Shown here: positions 44,349 to 54,147 of the stretch, one piece after another | How the letters are laid out: each line of letters begins with the position of its first letter | Numbering within the stretch: position 1 is the first letter of the stretch | NCBI GenBank assembly: GCA_949300615.1 | Contig: CASGEW010000004.1 | Coordinates: 1 to 63,201, forward strand | Length of the DNA: 63,201 nt | Direction: 5' to 3' | Origin: an uncultured Bacteroidales bacterium | Lineage (GTDB): Bacteria; Bacteroidota; Bacteroidia; Bacteroidales; CHK158-818 | The notes under the pieces: model-generated | Seen by the model: the letters and a program-made list of their open reading frames with translations, nothing else | Database searches by the model: none | Told to the model about the DNA's origin: nothing | Translations under genes and position numbers: made by a program

Positions 44349-45438
44349 AACGATTTCTTTTATAACGATAATAGGCGGCACAGGTTCCCTCCGAAGATAC
44401 CATCGGCGCTCCCAACGGATGTTCCGGAGTACAAGCCTGACCAAACAAAGGGCAATCATGCGGGGATATTTTGCCGCTTAGTATCTTTCCGGCTTGACAC
44501 CGATCGGGAACAGATTGTTCCTGCTTTAATTGGAAACGTTTAACCGCATCGTATTGTTTATACGCTTCGTTGATTTTAAAACCGCTTTCTTTCAATAACC
44601 CAAGGCCTCGCCACTCTTGATCAGATCGCTCAAATACCTGCTTTATACAACGTAGGGCCTGTTCATTACCGGAAAGTTCTACCACGCGGGAATAGGCATT
44701 GTCCACACCGGGCTGTTTCGCTTCCAACCTTCTAACACACCATAAAATTCCATACAACAAGTCGGAAGGTTCAAATCCGGTAACAGCAACCGGCGTTTGC
44801 CATTTACGGGAAAAAGACTCATATTCCCGTATCCCGGTAACAGCACAAACATGGCCTGCGGCCAAGAATCCGTCAATGACATTCTCCGGATCGGACAACA
44901 ACGCTTCCATGGCCGGAAGCACCGATACCAATGCCGGCAAAAGGGAAAAGTTCTTTATCCGACGTTGACAAGCAACCTGTAATACCAAAGCATACATCGG
45001 TAAGGCCGTCTCAAAACCGATCGCCAAGAAGACAACCTGTAAATGCGGATTCTCTGCGGCAAGCTGCAAGGCATCGAGCGGGGAGTAGAACATCTTTACG
45101 CCACCTCCCCGCGATTTAGCCGATTGCAAATCGCCCAAGATTCCCGGTACACGCATCATATCGCCAAACGTACACAAACATACGCCGGGTTGCATGGAAA
45201 GCCTTATGGCATTGTCTATAACCGATACCGGAGTAACACAAACGGGACATCCGGGACCATGTATCAGCCGAATCTGCTGCGGTAGCATATCTTCTATGCC
45301 ATATTGGGCCAGCGCGTGCGTTTGTCCACCGCATACCTCCATGATATTCCAACTCCGGGTCGTAATACGGTGTATGGCGTGGCACAACTCTTTTACATCT
45401 TCCGGATTCCGGAAAGAGGAATTAATCATCTGTTGCAT
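44296..45438 (-). CDS. hypD: Hydrogenase maturation protein HypD
   Basis: MEVCGGQTH, GPGCPVC, GFET, PMVSSEGTCAAY. Confidence 0.96.
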   Translation of the reverse strand: MQQMINSSFRNPEDVKELCHAIHRITTRSWNIMEVCGGQTHALAQYGIEDMLPQQIRLIHGPGCPVCVTPVSVIDNAIRLSMQPGVCLCTFGDMMRVPGILGDLQSAKSRGGGVKMFYSPLDALQLAAENPHLQVVFLAIGFETALPMYALVLQVACQRRIKNFSLLPALVSVLPAMEALLSDPENVIDGFLAAGHVCAVTGIREYESFSRKWQTPVAVTGFEPSDLLYGILWCVRRLEAKQPGVDNAYSRVVELSGNEQALRCIKQVFERSDQEWRGLGLLKESGFKINEAYKQYDAVKRFQLKQEQSVPDRCQAGKILSGKISPHDCPLFGQACTPEHPLGAPMVSSEGTCAAYYRYKRNRYDRNPIKAGLSVTHRSV

Positions 45439-45673
45439 ACTGTTTTGAAAAATGAGCAAGAGTTTTAAAATCTTCGAGCGTTTTCAAGGCCTCTTCGGTA
45501 TTAACCTTGCAAAGGGCCACTCCGGCATAGGCCAACAGATAATCGCCGGGAAGGACATCCACATATTCGACGCAAACCGATTTTGAGATTCCGCCAAAAT
45601 CGACCTTTGCCATCTGTAATCCCTCCGCAGGGCGGTCTATTTCCAATACTTTTCCAGGTATTGCCAAACACAT
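45422..45673 (-). CDS. hypC: HypC/HybG/HupF chaperone
   Basis: MCLAIPG start, AKVDFGG. Confidence 0.92.
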   Translation of the reverse strand: MCLAIPGKVLEIDRPAEGLQMAKVDFGGISKSVCVEYVDVLPGDYLLAYAGVALCKVNTEEALKTLEDFKTLAHFSKQYATDD

Positions 45674-45745
45674 ATTTTTTAAGTTTTTATTTAATAAGAA
45701 CAATATTTCGTCTCTTTTGTTTTGTGGTATAAAGAAAGGAGATGC

Positions 45746-48004
45746 ATGAACCATCACTATTTCATACACATCGAGGGACTTGTACAAGGGGTGGGATTCC
45801 GCCCGTTCATTTACCAACTGGCTCGGGAGCACCGTTTGTCGGGATGTGTGGACAACCGAAACGACGGCGTATATATTGAGCTGGATTGTTCGGGGAAAGA
45901 GGTAAAACGTTTTATCCGCGATATATTAAGTAAAAAACCGAAGATAGCGCATATCCGGAACTATGCCGTCTCGCGATTACCGGCGACATCCGGGTTTTCG
46001 GATTTCCAGATTAACGAAAGCAAAGAATCCGGATCGCAAATAACGCGGATCAGCCCGGATATTGCCGTATGCGAAGATTGCCTGCGGGACAGGGGCACCC
46101 AACCGCACCGTCTGTTCTACCCGTTTATAAACTGTACGCACTGCGGCCCTCGGTTCTCAATTATCAAGGATTTACCCTACGATCGGCAGCAAACGACCAT
46201 GAGTGAATTTAAGATGTGCAGCCGCTGTCAGTCAGAATATGAAAACCTGACCGACCGAAGATTTCACGCCCAACCCATCGCCTGCAACGATTGCGGACCC
46301 CGGTACACCGGTACAGACGATTCTGGCATACTTTCGACCGACTATCCCTCTCTTTTACACAAAATCACCGCAACAATCCAATCGGGAGGTATTGTAGCGA
46401 TAAAAGGGTTAGGGGGATACAACCTGCTATGCGACGCACACAATACGAAAAGCATTTTACGGCTGCGGCAAATCAAACAACGGGAGAAGAAACCTTTTGC
46501 CGTCATGTTTCCCGACGAAAACAGAGCCAAGAGATGGCTCGACATAACCGATACCGAATCGGCGCTCTTAAACTCCTGGCGCAAACCTATCGTCTTGTTG
46601 AGGGAACACCAAAAACTAAACCCCGAACTGAACCGGGGATTGACAACGCTGGGTGCGATACTGCCCTATATGCCCATCCATTTCGACATTTTCAAAAACA
46701 GCAACCTGGATGCGGTGGTTTTCAGCAGCGGAAACTTCGGAGACGAGCCGATTATAACAGACAACGAAGAGGCTGAAAAGAAACTCCGGCCAATCGCCGA
46801 CCTATTCGTATCCCACAACCGGGATATTCACAACCGGGTGGATGATTCGGTCGTACAATGTATTCACAACGATTTCCAGATTATCCGTCGTTCAAGGGGA
46901 TATGTTCCCGAGCCGATCATTACCCAAGGACAAACGGAAGGTATTCTGGCCTTCGGGGCAGAAAAAACGGCATCGTTTGCTGTGGGGAAATCGAAAGAGA
47001 TTATCCAGAGCCAATACATCGGGAATCTGTCCAACGTAGAGACGTTTGAATTCTACCAAGAGACAATCCAGCGGTTTTGCCGACTGTTTCGGTTCACCCC
47101 ACGTTATCTGGTCTGCGATCTGCATCCCGATTACCTATCGACCCGATTGGCCCAAGAGATGTCGGCAAAAACAGAAATCGAATTGCTGCAAGTACAGCAC
47201 CATCATGCCCACGCCGTATCCGTTATGATAGAGCATCGTCTTTACGACGATGTCCTGGCTATCTGTTTGGACGGGACTGGATTGGGTACGGATTCCTGTT
47301 CGTGGGGAGGAGAAGTGCTGCGATGCAACCGAAACACATTTTCCCGGTTAAGGCACCTCCCATACGTGGCATTGCCCGGGGGAGACAAAGCCGCCAAACA
47401 GGGATGGCGGATGGCGGTCTCGTACCTGCACCATTATCGGCTACCGATTCCCGAATCATTGAAAAAGGCTATCGGAATAGAGAAAATAGAGGGAATCAAA
47501 CAGATGATAGACAAACAAATCAATACCCCCTGTACATCGAGTTGCGGCCGTTTGTTCGATGCCGTATCGGCACTATTGGGCATCTGCTATCAAAACAGTT
47601 TTCAGGGAGAAGCGGCCATCCTACTGGAACACACGGCATCGGAAAGGGAAACGGGAACCTATCCCCTTCCCCGTCAGGGATTTTCTTTTCAACTTCTGTT
47701 CGAGGGCATCTTAGATGATTTGTCCCAACATATTTCCCGGGAGAATATTGCCGCAAAGTTTCACAATACACTGGCTTCCGTGTTATTAAATAATGTATTA
47801 GAGTTACTGAATGAAACAGGTCTCTCTAAAATCGTCCTTTCGGGAGGGGTATTTCAAAACAAAAAGTTGTTACAGTTGTTAATACAACAGTTCAAGGATA
47901 AAAAAATTCCTTGCTATTATACCAGGCAAATTCCTTGCAACGACGCCGGTATCGCCGTCGGGCAATTAGGTATAGGAGCTGCCGCTTTTTATAAACAACC
48001 ATAA
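45746..48004 (+). CDS. hypF: Carbamoyltransferase HypF
   Basis: GLVQGVGFRPF, Zn fingers, RRFHAQP, QHHHAH, NDAGIAVGQ. Confidence 0.96.
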   Translation: MNHHYFIHIEGLVQGVGFRPFIYQLAREHRLSGCVDNRNDGVYIELDCSGKEVKRFIRDILSKKPKIAHIRNYAVSRLPATSGFSDFQINESKESGSQITRISPDIAVCEDCLRDRGTQPHRLFYPFINCTHCGPRFSIIKDLPYDRQQTTMSEFKMCSRCQSEYENLTDRRFHAQPIACNDCGPRYTGTDDSGILSTDYPSLLHKITATIQSGGIVAIKGLGGYNLLCDAHNTKSILRLRQIKQREKKPFAVMFPDENRAKRWLDITDTESALLNSWRKPIVLLREHQKLNPELNRGLTTLGAILPYMPIHFDIFKNSNLDAVVFSSGNFGDEPIITDNEEAEKKLRPIADLFVSHNRDIHNRVDDSVVQCIHNDFQIIRRSRGYVPEPIITQGQTEGILAFGAEKTASFAVGKSKEIIQSQYIGNLSNVETFEFYQETIQRFCRLFRFTPRYLVCDLHPDYLSTRLAQEMSAKTEIELLQVQHHHAHAVSVMIEHRLYDDVLAICLDGTGLGTDSCSWGGEVLRCNRNTFSRLRHLPYVALPGGDKAAKQGWRMAVSYLHHYRLPIPESLKKAIGIEKIEGIKQMIDKQINTPCTSSCGRLFDAVSALLGICYQNSFQGEAAILLEHTASERETGTYPLPRQGFSFQLLFEGILDDLSQHISRENIAAKFHNTLASVLLNNVLELLNETGLSKIVLSGGVFQNKKLLQLLIQQFKDKKIPCYYTRQIPCNDAGIAVGQLGIGAAAFYKQP

Positions 48005-48006
48005 TT

Positions 48007-48345
48007 ATGCACGAACTATCCATCGCATTAAGTATTGTCAATTTAGCCGTTCAAGAAGCCAAAAACAACGGGAACAACCAACTATCGGAACTGGAAATAG
48101 AGGTCGGCGAACTGGCCGGCGTTGACATCGAAGGGCTCGACTTCTCCCTGGGAATTATCTTGAAAAGCAGCCGGATGAATGTCAGCCACAAAATTGATAC
48201 CATTGCGGCTATCTCCCATTGCAATATCTGCAAAAAAGATTTCAGCGTTATCCGGAAATATACAAGTTGCCCGTTTTGCGGATCGAAAGATACATACCTG
48301 AAAAAGGGCCATGAACTCCGTTTAAAATCAATTGTTGTCGAATAA
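48007..48345 (+). CDS. hypA: Nickel chaperone HypA
   Basis: MHELSIA, CNIC, CPFC. Confidence 0.95.
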   Translation: MHELSIALSIVNLAVQEAKNNGNNQLSELEIEVGELAGVDIEGLDFSLGIILKSSRMNVSHKIDTIAAISHCNICKKDFSVIRKYTSCPFCGSKDTYLKKGHELRLKSIVVE

Positions 48346-48365
48346 AAACCAAAATCGATATATTT

Positions 48366-49124
48366 ATGTGTAGAACTTGCGGATGTAGCGAACATCACCT
48401 TGTACAGGAACCGCATCTGACCCATGAACAGATGCATACTTGGGGAATAGAACATCACCATCACCCTGAAAACAGGTCTGTCATCGAAGTGGAGAAAGAT
48501 ATTCTTTCCCATAACAACCACATGGCCGAACGTATCAGAGGCTATCTGGATGCGCGGAATATATACGCCATCAACCTGGTCAGCTCTCCCGGCTCCGGAA
48601 AAACTTCGTTGTTGGAGGCAACCATAAAAGCCCTCACAGGAAAAATAGAGATGGGTGTCATCGAAGGAGACCAGCATACATCGAACGATGCCAAACGTAT
48701 TATGAACTTGGGCGTTCATACGGTACAAATCAATACGGAAACCGGTTGTCATTTGGAGGCCGGTGAAATATACAATACGATAAAACAGATGAATCTGCCG
48801 ACAGATTCACTCCTTTTCATCGAGAATATCGGTAATCTGGTATGTCCGGCGCTGTTCGATTTAGGAGAAAACGAACGAGCCGTAATGATCAGCGTAACCG
48901 AGGGCGACGACAAACCCCTCAAATACCCCTATATGTTCGAGAGCGCCCAAACCTGCATCATCAACAAAATAGACCTATTGCCTTACCTGCAATGCAATAT
49001 TGAAGAGATAAAACAAAATGCTTTGTCCATCAATCCTCATCTCCTGTTTTTCGAGGTGTCAGCTTTACAGGGCATCGGCATGGAGAATTGGATATCGCAT
49101 CTTTTACAACATACTCAATCGTAA
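48366..49124 (+). CDS. hypB: Nickel GTPase HypB
   Basis: MCRTCGC, His-rich linker, SSPGSGKT, GCHL, ENIGNLVCP, NKID. Confidence 0.96.
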   Translation: MCRTCGCSEHHLVQEPHLTHEQMHTWGIEHHHHPENRSVIEVEKDILSHNNHMAERIRGYLDARNIYAINLVSSPGSGKTSLLEATIKALTGKIEMGVIEGDQHTSNDAKRIMNLGVHTVQINTETGCHLEAGEIYNTIKQMNLPTDSLLFIENIGNLVCPALFDLGENERAVMISVTEGDDKPLKYPYMFESAQTCIINKIDLLPYLQCNIEEIKQNALSINPHLLFFEVSALQGIGMENWISHLLQHTQS

Positions 49125-49771
49125 TGTGCGTCGATTTCTTTAACCAGATATGCCGGCAATGGGATGAAACAAGCAAACCGGATGCCGACAAAATAACCTT
49201 TTTATTGGAAAAACTCTCTTGGAACGTTTCAACCCGGATTCTGGATGTGGGTACGGGTACTGGGGTACTGTTGCCTTTTATCCGACAATTTTCACCTCAA
49301 TCGTATATACAGGCAATAGACATCGCTGCCGGGATGATAGAGATTGCCCAAAAAAAGTACGCAGGATGGGAAAACGTGGATTGGTTCGTTGCGGATATAG
49401 AACAACCTATGGACCGGGGAAAATTCGATCAAATCATCTTGTATTCGGTTTTTCCCCATTTAACCGACAAAACAGGAACTGTTTCATACCTCATCAACCA
49501 CTGCCTGACCGACGAGGGAGAATTATTAATAGCCCATGCCCAAAGCCGGAGGTTTTTAAATCACCTGCACAAACACAAGGACAAACGGGTCTGCAACGAT
49601 TCGTTGATTGCAATAGAAAAACAGTGTACTATTTTTGAAAGAGAGGGTCTGGGAATCATCGATGCCGACGAATCGAACCAATACTATTACATCGTTCTGG
49701 GAAAATCTTATGCCAACTCAACCACCGTAATGCCGGCCCCGCCAAATTGCACATGTTCATCCTGGAAATGA
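49124..49771 (+). CDS. Class I SAM-dependent methyltransferase
   Basis: LDVGTGTG, DIAAGMI, YSVFPH; TAATG overlap with hypB stop. Confidence 0.85.
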   Translation: MCVDFFNQICRQWDETSKPDADKITFLLEKLSWNVSTRILDVGTGTGVLLPFIRQFSPQSYIQAIDIAAGMIEIAQKKYAGWENVDWFVADIEQPMDRGKFDQIILYSVFPHLTDKTGTVSYLINHCLTDEGELLIAHAQSRRFLNHLHKHKDKRVCNDSLIAIEKQCTIFEREGLGIIDADESNQYYYIVLGKSYANSTTVMPAPPNCTCSSWK

Positions 49772-52179
49772 GCGACTCCCGGTACCGTCTTTAAATATTG
49801 TCGAATCAGTTGCCGCAATATTCCCGTACCGGTTCCGTGCAAAATACGCACCCGCGATACCCCTACCAGAATAGCGTCGTCGATAAAATAGGTTACGGCC
49901 TGCAAGGCTTCATCGCCACGCATCCCCCGAACGTCTATTTCCTGCTTGAAATTCAACTTGCGTTCCCTAATATCATCGGCCGTTTGCTCGCTCACAAAGG
50001 TATTTTTGGGTTGTACCTTTTTTACCTGATTCTTACAGACCTTTTCCAACAACTCGGTTTTGACCGTAGATTTGAGCATACCGAAAATCACGATGGAATT
50101 TTTGCCTTGTATCTCTATCACCTCGCCAACCGTATTTTGCCCTTTGATCCGGACATTGTCTCCGGGTTCTATCACTTCGGGTTTCCAGGTCTCCTTTTCT
50201 TTCTTCTTTTGTCTCGCTTTTTTGCGTTGCTCCCGCTCTTGAAGCTGTTTTATTTTACGGGTAATTTTATCATCTGAAATATTTTCCTGTGCTGCGACCG
50301 ACTGTTTAAAGGCTTCAAATTCTTGACGGACGGCCCGGGTTTTCTCCTTTTCTGCCTGTGCCTCCTTGATTTGCCGTATCGTATTTTCTATTTGTGCATT
50401 TGCCTGTTGCAGAACGACCTCGGCTTCCAACTTCGCCCGCTTCATCCACTCTTTCCGTTGCTCGTCCAACTCTTTTAAATCCTTTTCATAGCGGGCCGAC
50501 AGCTCTTCGAGTTTTTTCTCTTTTAACCGGATATTCTGACGTTTGTTTTCCCAATAACGTTTGTCCCGGACAATATCTTGCAGGTATTTGTCCATATCAA
50601 TATAATCGGAGCCTACCTTTTCGGAGGCTTCGGCTATGACATCTTCCGGCAACCCGATTTTACGGGCAATCTCAATGGCAAAAGAGCTGCCCGGATTTCC
50701 TATCGACAAACGGAACAGGGGTTGCATCTGATTCCGATCATACAGCATGGCCCCGTTGACAATACCAACCGTATCTTCGGCAAAATGTTTCAGGTTCTGA
50801 TAATGGGTGGTTATCACCCCGAAAACCTCCCGCTTGTTAAAACGGTCCAACAGAGCTTCGGCTATGGCTCCCCCGATTTGCGGTTCGGTTCCGCTACCGA
50901 ACTCGTCAATCAACAACAGGGAACGTCCGGAACAATTCCGGACAAAATATTTCATGTTGGTCAGATGGGAACTGTATGTACTTAAATCGTTTTCGATAGA
51001 CTGTTCATCGCCTATATCAATAAATATATCTTTGAAAATACCTACCCGGGAATTTTCCCGCAAAGGGATCAACAGTCCGCACTGTACCATGTATTGAAGC
51101 AATCCTACCGTTTTCAGGCAAACGGATTTTCCACCGGCATTGGGCCCCGATATCAGCAAGATACGTTTATCGGCTTGTAACGTAATATCCAACGGTACCA
51201 CCTTCTTCCCCTGCTTGTGCAACGAGAGCGACAAAAGCGGATGTATGGCCTGTACCCAATCTACCTGCGGTTTATTTTCGACAACGGGCAGAATGGCGTT
51301 TATCTGCAACGCGAACAGGGCTTTGGCCCGGATAAAATCTATATCGGCCAAAAACTCATACGAATAGCAAATATCTTCTACATCGGGACGCAACTGATCG
51401 GTAAACTGCGTCAATATGCGCATAATCTCCCGACGTTCTTCATTTTCCAACTCCCTTACCCGGTTATTGGCCTCGACCACTTCGGCCGGTTCAATAAAGA
51501 CTGTCTTACCGCTGGCCGACTCGTCATGTACAATCCCCTTGATTTTACGCTTGTATGCCGGCACTACCGGGATAACCAGTCGCCCGTCGCGCATGGTAGG
51601 GGTAACATCTTTGTTTACAATCCCTTCGCTTTGAGCCAAACGCAAAATATTATTGAGGTTTTTCGATATACTGGCAAAAACGGCAGTTATTTCACGACGG
51701 ATTCGTTGCAACTCGGACGATGCACTGTCTTTTATTTTTCCGAATTTATCGAGAATCTTATCAATGGACGCGATCTGCTGAGGAAAAACAGCAACATTGC
51801 CCGACAATGCCTGCAAACAGGGATAGGGTGTTTTTTCGGGCTCTTCCTGATGAAAAAAGCGGACAATCTGTCGGATGGTATCCAACGACCGTCTCAGATC
51901 GAACAGTTCCGCCTCATCGAGATAGGTTCCTTCTATCCGAATCTTCTTCAAAGCCGGGCGGACATCGAAAAAATAATTTACCGGAAATTCGTCCTCCTCT
52001 TGCAGGATGCGGACAAACTCCTCCGTCTGATGCAGCCAGGTTTGCAACGTATCGTACTTATCGGTAAAAGAGAGGGCTTCTACCCGCTCCGTACCCAAAC
52101 CACTCAGACACTTGGCTGCAATTAGCTCTTTTATTTTATCAAATCCCGTTTTTTGTTCAAAACTTGCAGGGTATATCAC
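49708..52179 (-). CDS. mutS2: Endonuclease MutS2
   Basis: SGPNAGGKS, DIGDEQS, DEFGSGT, C-terminal Smr (DVRG, HGTGTG); GTG start. Confidence 0.96.
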   Translation of the reverse strand: MIYPASFEQKTGFDKIKELIAAKCLSGLGTERVEALSFTDKYDTLQTWLHQTEEFVRILQEEDEFPVNYFFDVRPALKKIRIEGTYLDEAELFDLRRSLDTIRQIVRFFHQEEPEKTPYPCLQALSGNVAVFPQQIASIDKILDKFGKIKDSASSELQRIRREITAVFASISKNLNNILRLAQSEGIVNKDVTPTMRDGRLVIPVVPAYKRKIKGIVHDESASGKTVFIEPAEVVEANNRVRELENEERREIMRILTQFTDQLRPDVEDICYSYEFLADIDFIRAKALFALQINAILPVVENKPQVDWVQAIHPLLSLSLHKQGKKVVPLDITLQADKRILLISGPNAGGKSVCLKTVGLLQYMVQCGLLIPLRENSRVGIFKDIFIDIGDEQSIENDLSTYSSHLTNMKYFVRNCSGRSLLLIDEFGSGTEPQIGGAIAEALLDRFNKREVFGVITTHYQNLKHFAEDTVGIVNGAMLYDRNQMQPLFRLSIGNPGSSFAIEIARKIGLPEDVIAEASEKVGSDYIDMDKYLQDIVRDKRYWENKRQNIRLKEKKLEELSARYEKDLKELDEQRKEWMKRAKLEAEVVLQQANAQIENTIRQIKEAQAEKEKTRAVRQEFEAFKQSVAAQENISDDKITRKIKQLQEREQRKKARQKKKEKETWKPEVIEPGDNVRIKGQNTVGEVIEIQGKNSIVIFGMLKSTVKTELLEKVCKNQVKKVQPKNTFVSEQTADDIRERKLNFKQEIDVRGMRGDEALQAVTYFIDDAILVGVSRVRILHGTGTGILRQLIRQYLKTVPGVAHFQDEHVQFGGAGITVVELA

Positions 52180-52206
52180 GTCTTTTCTCCTTGTTATTTA
52201 CAACGG

Positions 52207-52478
52207 CAAAGATAGTGAAAGGCGAGAGCAGAGACAAATGAAAACAAGTGTTTTCAAATTTGAATCTGCCGAGCCGCAGCCTATCTTCTGTAAAGATAGT
52301 GAAAGGCGAGAGTAGAGACAAATGAAAACAACGTTTTCAAATTCGGCTATACCGAGCCGCATCTTATCTTCGTGTAAACAAAGATAACGAAAGGCGAGAG
52401 TAGAGGCAAATGAAAACAACGCTTTCAAATTTGACTATACCGAGCCGTCTCCTAATATTTTACAAATATAGCGAAAGG
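52207..52478. repeat. Tandem array of three ~84-88 bp palindromic repeats plus a partial fourth
   Basis: Units start at 52207, 52291, 52379 and 52463 (partial); shared core AAAGATA..GAAAGGCGAGAG(C/T)AGAG(A/G)CAAATGAAAACAA..TTTCAAATT..CCGAGCCG. Confidence 0.95.
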
Positions 52479-52595
52479 ATTCCAAACACATACAGATAGC
52501 CTTCTCTTCTTTCTCTTCTCATCGGGAGAGAAATTCAGGCACACCCTGTCCAACAAACCGGACATTTTGTGTACCTTTGCACCAAATACCTCGTT

Positions 52596-54020
52596 ATGAA
52601 CCTACCGGAAGATTTTATCCGCAGAACCCGGGCCCTGCTGGGGGACGAATACGACACATTCCAGAGCGCCCTCGAACAACCTCCCTCGAACAGCCTTCGG
52701 CTGAATCCGGCCAAAACGACCGGAAATTTGCCCGAGCGCGTACCTTGGTGTAACACGGGGTATTACCTGTCCGAACGGCTGACATATACCTTCGACCCCC
52801 TGTTCCATGCCGGTGCCTACTACGTACAAGAGGCCTCGTCCATGTTTTTGGAACAGGTACTCAAACAATACGTCCACCAGCCGGTACGATACCTGGATTT
52901 GTGTGCCGCCCCAGGAGGGAAAAGTACCCACGCCGTATCGGTACTGCCGGCCGGCAGCCTCGTGGTCTCGAACGAAATAACCGACAGCCGCATCCCCGTC
53001 CTGACGGAAAACCTCATCAAATGGGGAACGGGCAATGTGGTAGTAACCCACAACGATGCCTCCGACTTCGCCCCTCTGACAGACTACTTCGACGTCATCC
53101 TGACCGATGTTCCCTGCTCGGGAGAGGGGATGTTTCGTAAAGACCCGAACGCTATCAACGAATGGTCGATAGAGAACGTGGCCCAATGCAGCGACCGCCA
53201 ACGCAGTATCCTGAACCGAATTTGGGGTACATTGCGCCCGGGGGGCATCCTGGTTTACAGCACCTGTACCTACAACACCGACGAGGACGAACAGATCATC
53301 GGTTACCTGCAAACGACATTCGGAGCAGAACTATTACCGGTAGCTTCCCCCCCCGAATGGAACATCTGCAAAGGATTGTCCGGTGAAACAAAAGTAAACC
53401 GTTTCTTTCCCCACCGTACCCGGGGAGAGGGCTTCTTCCTGGCAGCGTTGCGAAAACCCGAAACAGCGGCAATAAGCCGGCAAGAGCTGATCGGCAAACT
53501 GCTCAAAAAAATCGCCCGCCAAAGAGCCAAAGGAGGCAAGACAGAGACCGTCCCCCAAGAGATCAAACAGTGGATCGACAAGAACGACTCGTTCCACTTT
53601 CTCGTCCAAGAAGGGAAAATCATCGCATTGCCACAAGCATACAGCGACGAAATCTCCCTCCTCTTTTCCTTACTGGATGTAGCATACGCCGGCATAGAGG
53701 TAGCCACGCAGAAAGGGAAAGAGTGGATACCCAGCCACGCCTGTGCCATGTCGGTTCACTGCAACCGGCAACTATTCCCCGAAAAAGAGATTTCTCAGGA
53801 ACAGGCCATCGCCTACCTGCGCAGAGAATCCCTGCAACTTCCTCCCGATACCCCCAAAGGGGTCATCCTCCTTACCTACCAGAGCCTCCCCTTGGGCTGG
53901 GTCAAGAATCTGGGGACAAGGGCCAACAACCTCTACCCCCAGGAGTGGCGCATCCGGACAGGATATACTCCCCAACAACTAAAAACCCTCAGCGATCTAT
54001 TCCCGGTATCCGGACATTGA
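52596..54020 (+). CDS. rsmF: rRNA m5C methyltransferase, RsmF/RsmB-NOP family
   Basis: YVQEASSM, DLCAAPGGKS, DVPCSGEGMFRK, YSTCT; promoter TACCTTTG at 52572-52579. Confidence 0.88.
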   Translation: MNLPEDFIRRTRALLGDEYDTFQSALEQPPSNSLRLNPAKTTGNLPERVPWCNTGYYLSERLTYTFDPLFHAGAYYVQEASSMFLEQVLKQYVHQPVRYLDLCAAPGGKSTHAVSVLPAGSLVVSNEITDSRIPVLTENLIKWGTGNVVVTHNDASDFAPLTDYFDVILTDVPCSGEGMFRKDPNAINEWSIENVAQCSDRQRSILNRIWGTLRPGGILVYSTCTYNTDEDEQIIGYLQTTFGAELLPVASPPEWNICKGLSGETKVNRFFPHRTRGEGFFLAALRKPETAAISRQELIGKLLKKIARQRAKGGKTETVPQEIKQWIDKNDSFHFLVQEGKIIALPQAYSDEISLLFSLLDVAYAGIEVATQKGKEWIPSHACAMSVHCNRQLFPEKEISQEQAIAYLRRESLQLPPDTPKGVILLTYQSLPLGWVKNLGTRANNLYPQEWRIRTGYTPQQLKTLSDLFPVSGH

Positions 54021-54147
54021 TACTCACCCTGCCAGAAGCCCCGCTTTTTTCACGAACTTTATAACTCAATCTTACACAGAGATAAAAATAAATTGTTAAA
54101 TTTGTTTCCGATATGGAGAAACGGGTTATCACAAATAAAAAAACGAT

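Noticed and set aside
52112-52428. Short ORFs (67 and 76 aa) across the repeats
   Set aside because: They are translations of the repeat and one overlaps mutS2; no protein features
52207-52478. Repeat array as a CRISPR array
   Set aside because: Units are similar over their whole length with no unique spacers, and no cas genes are nearby
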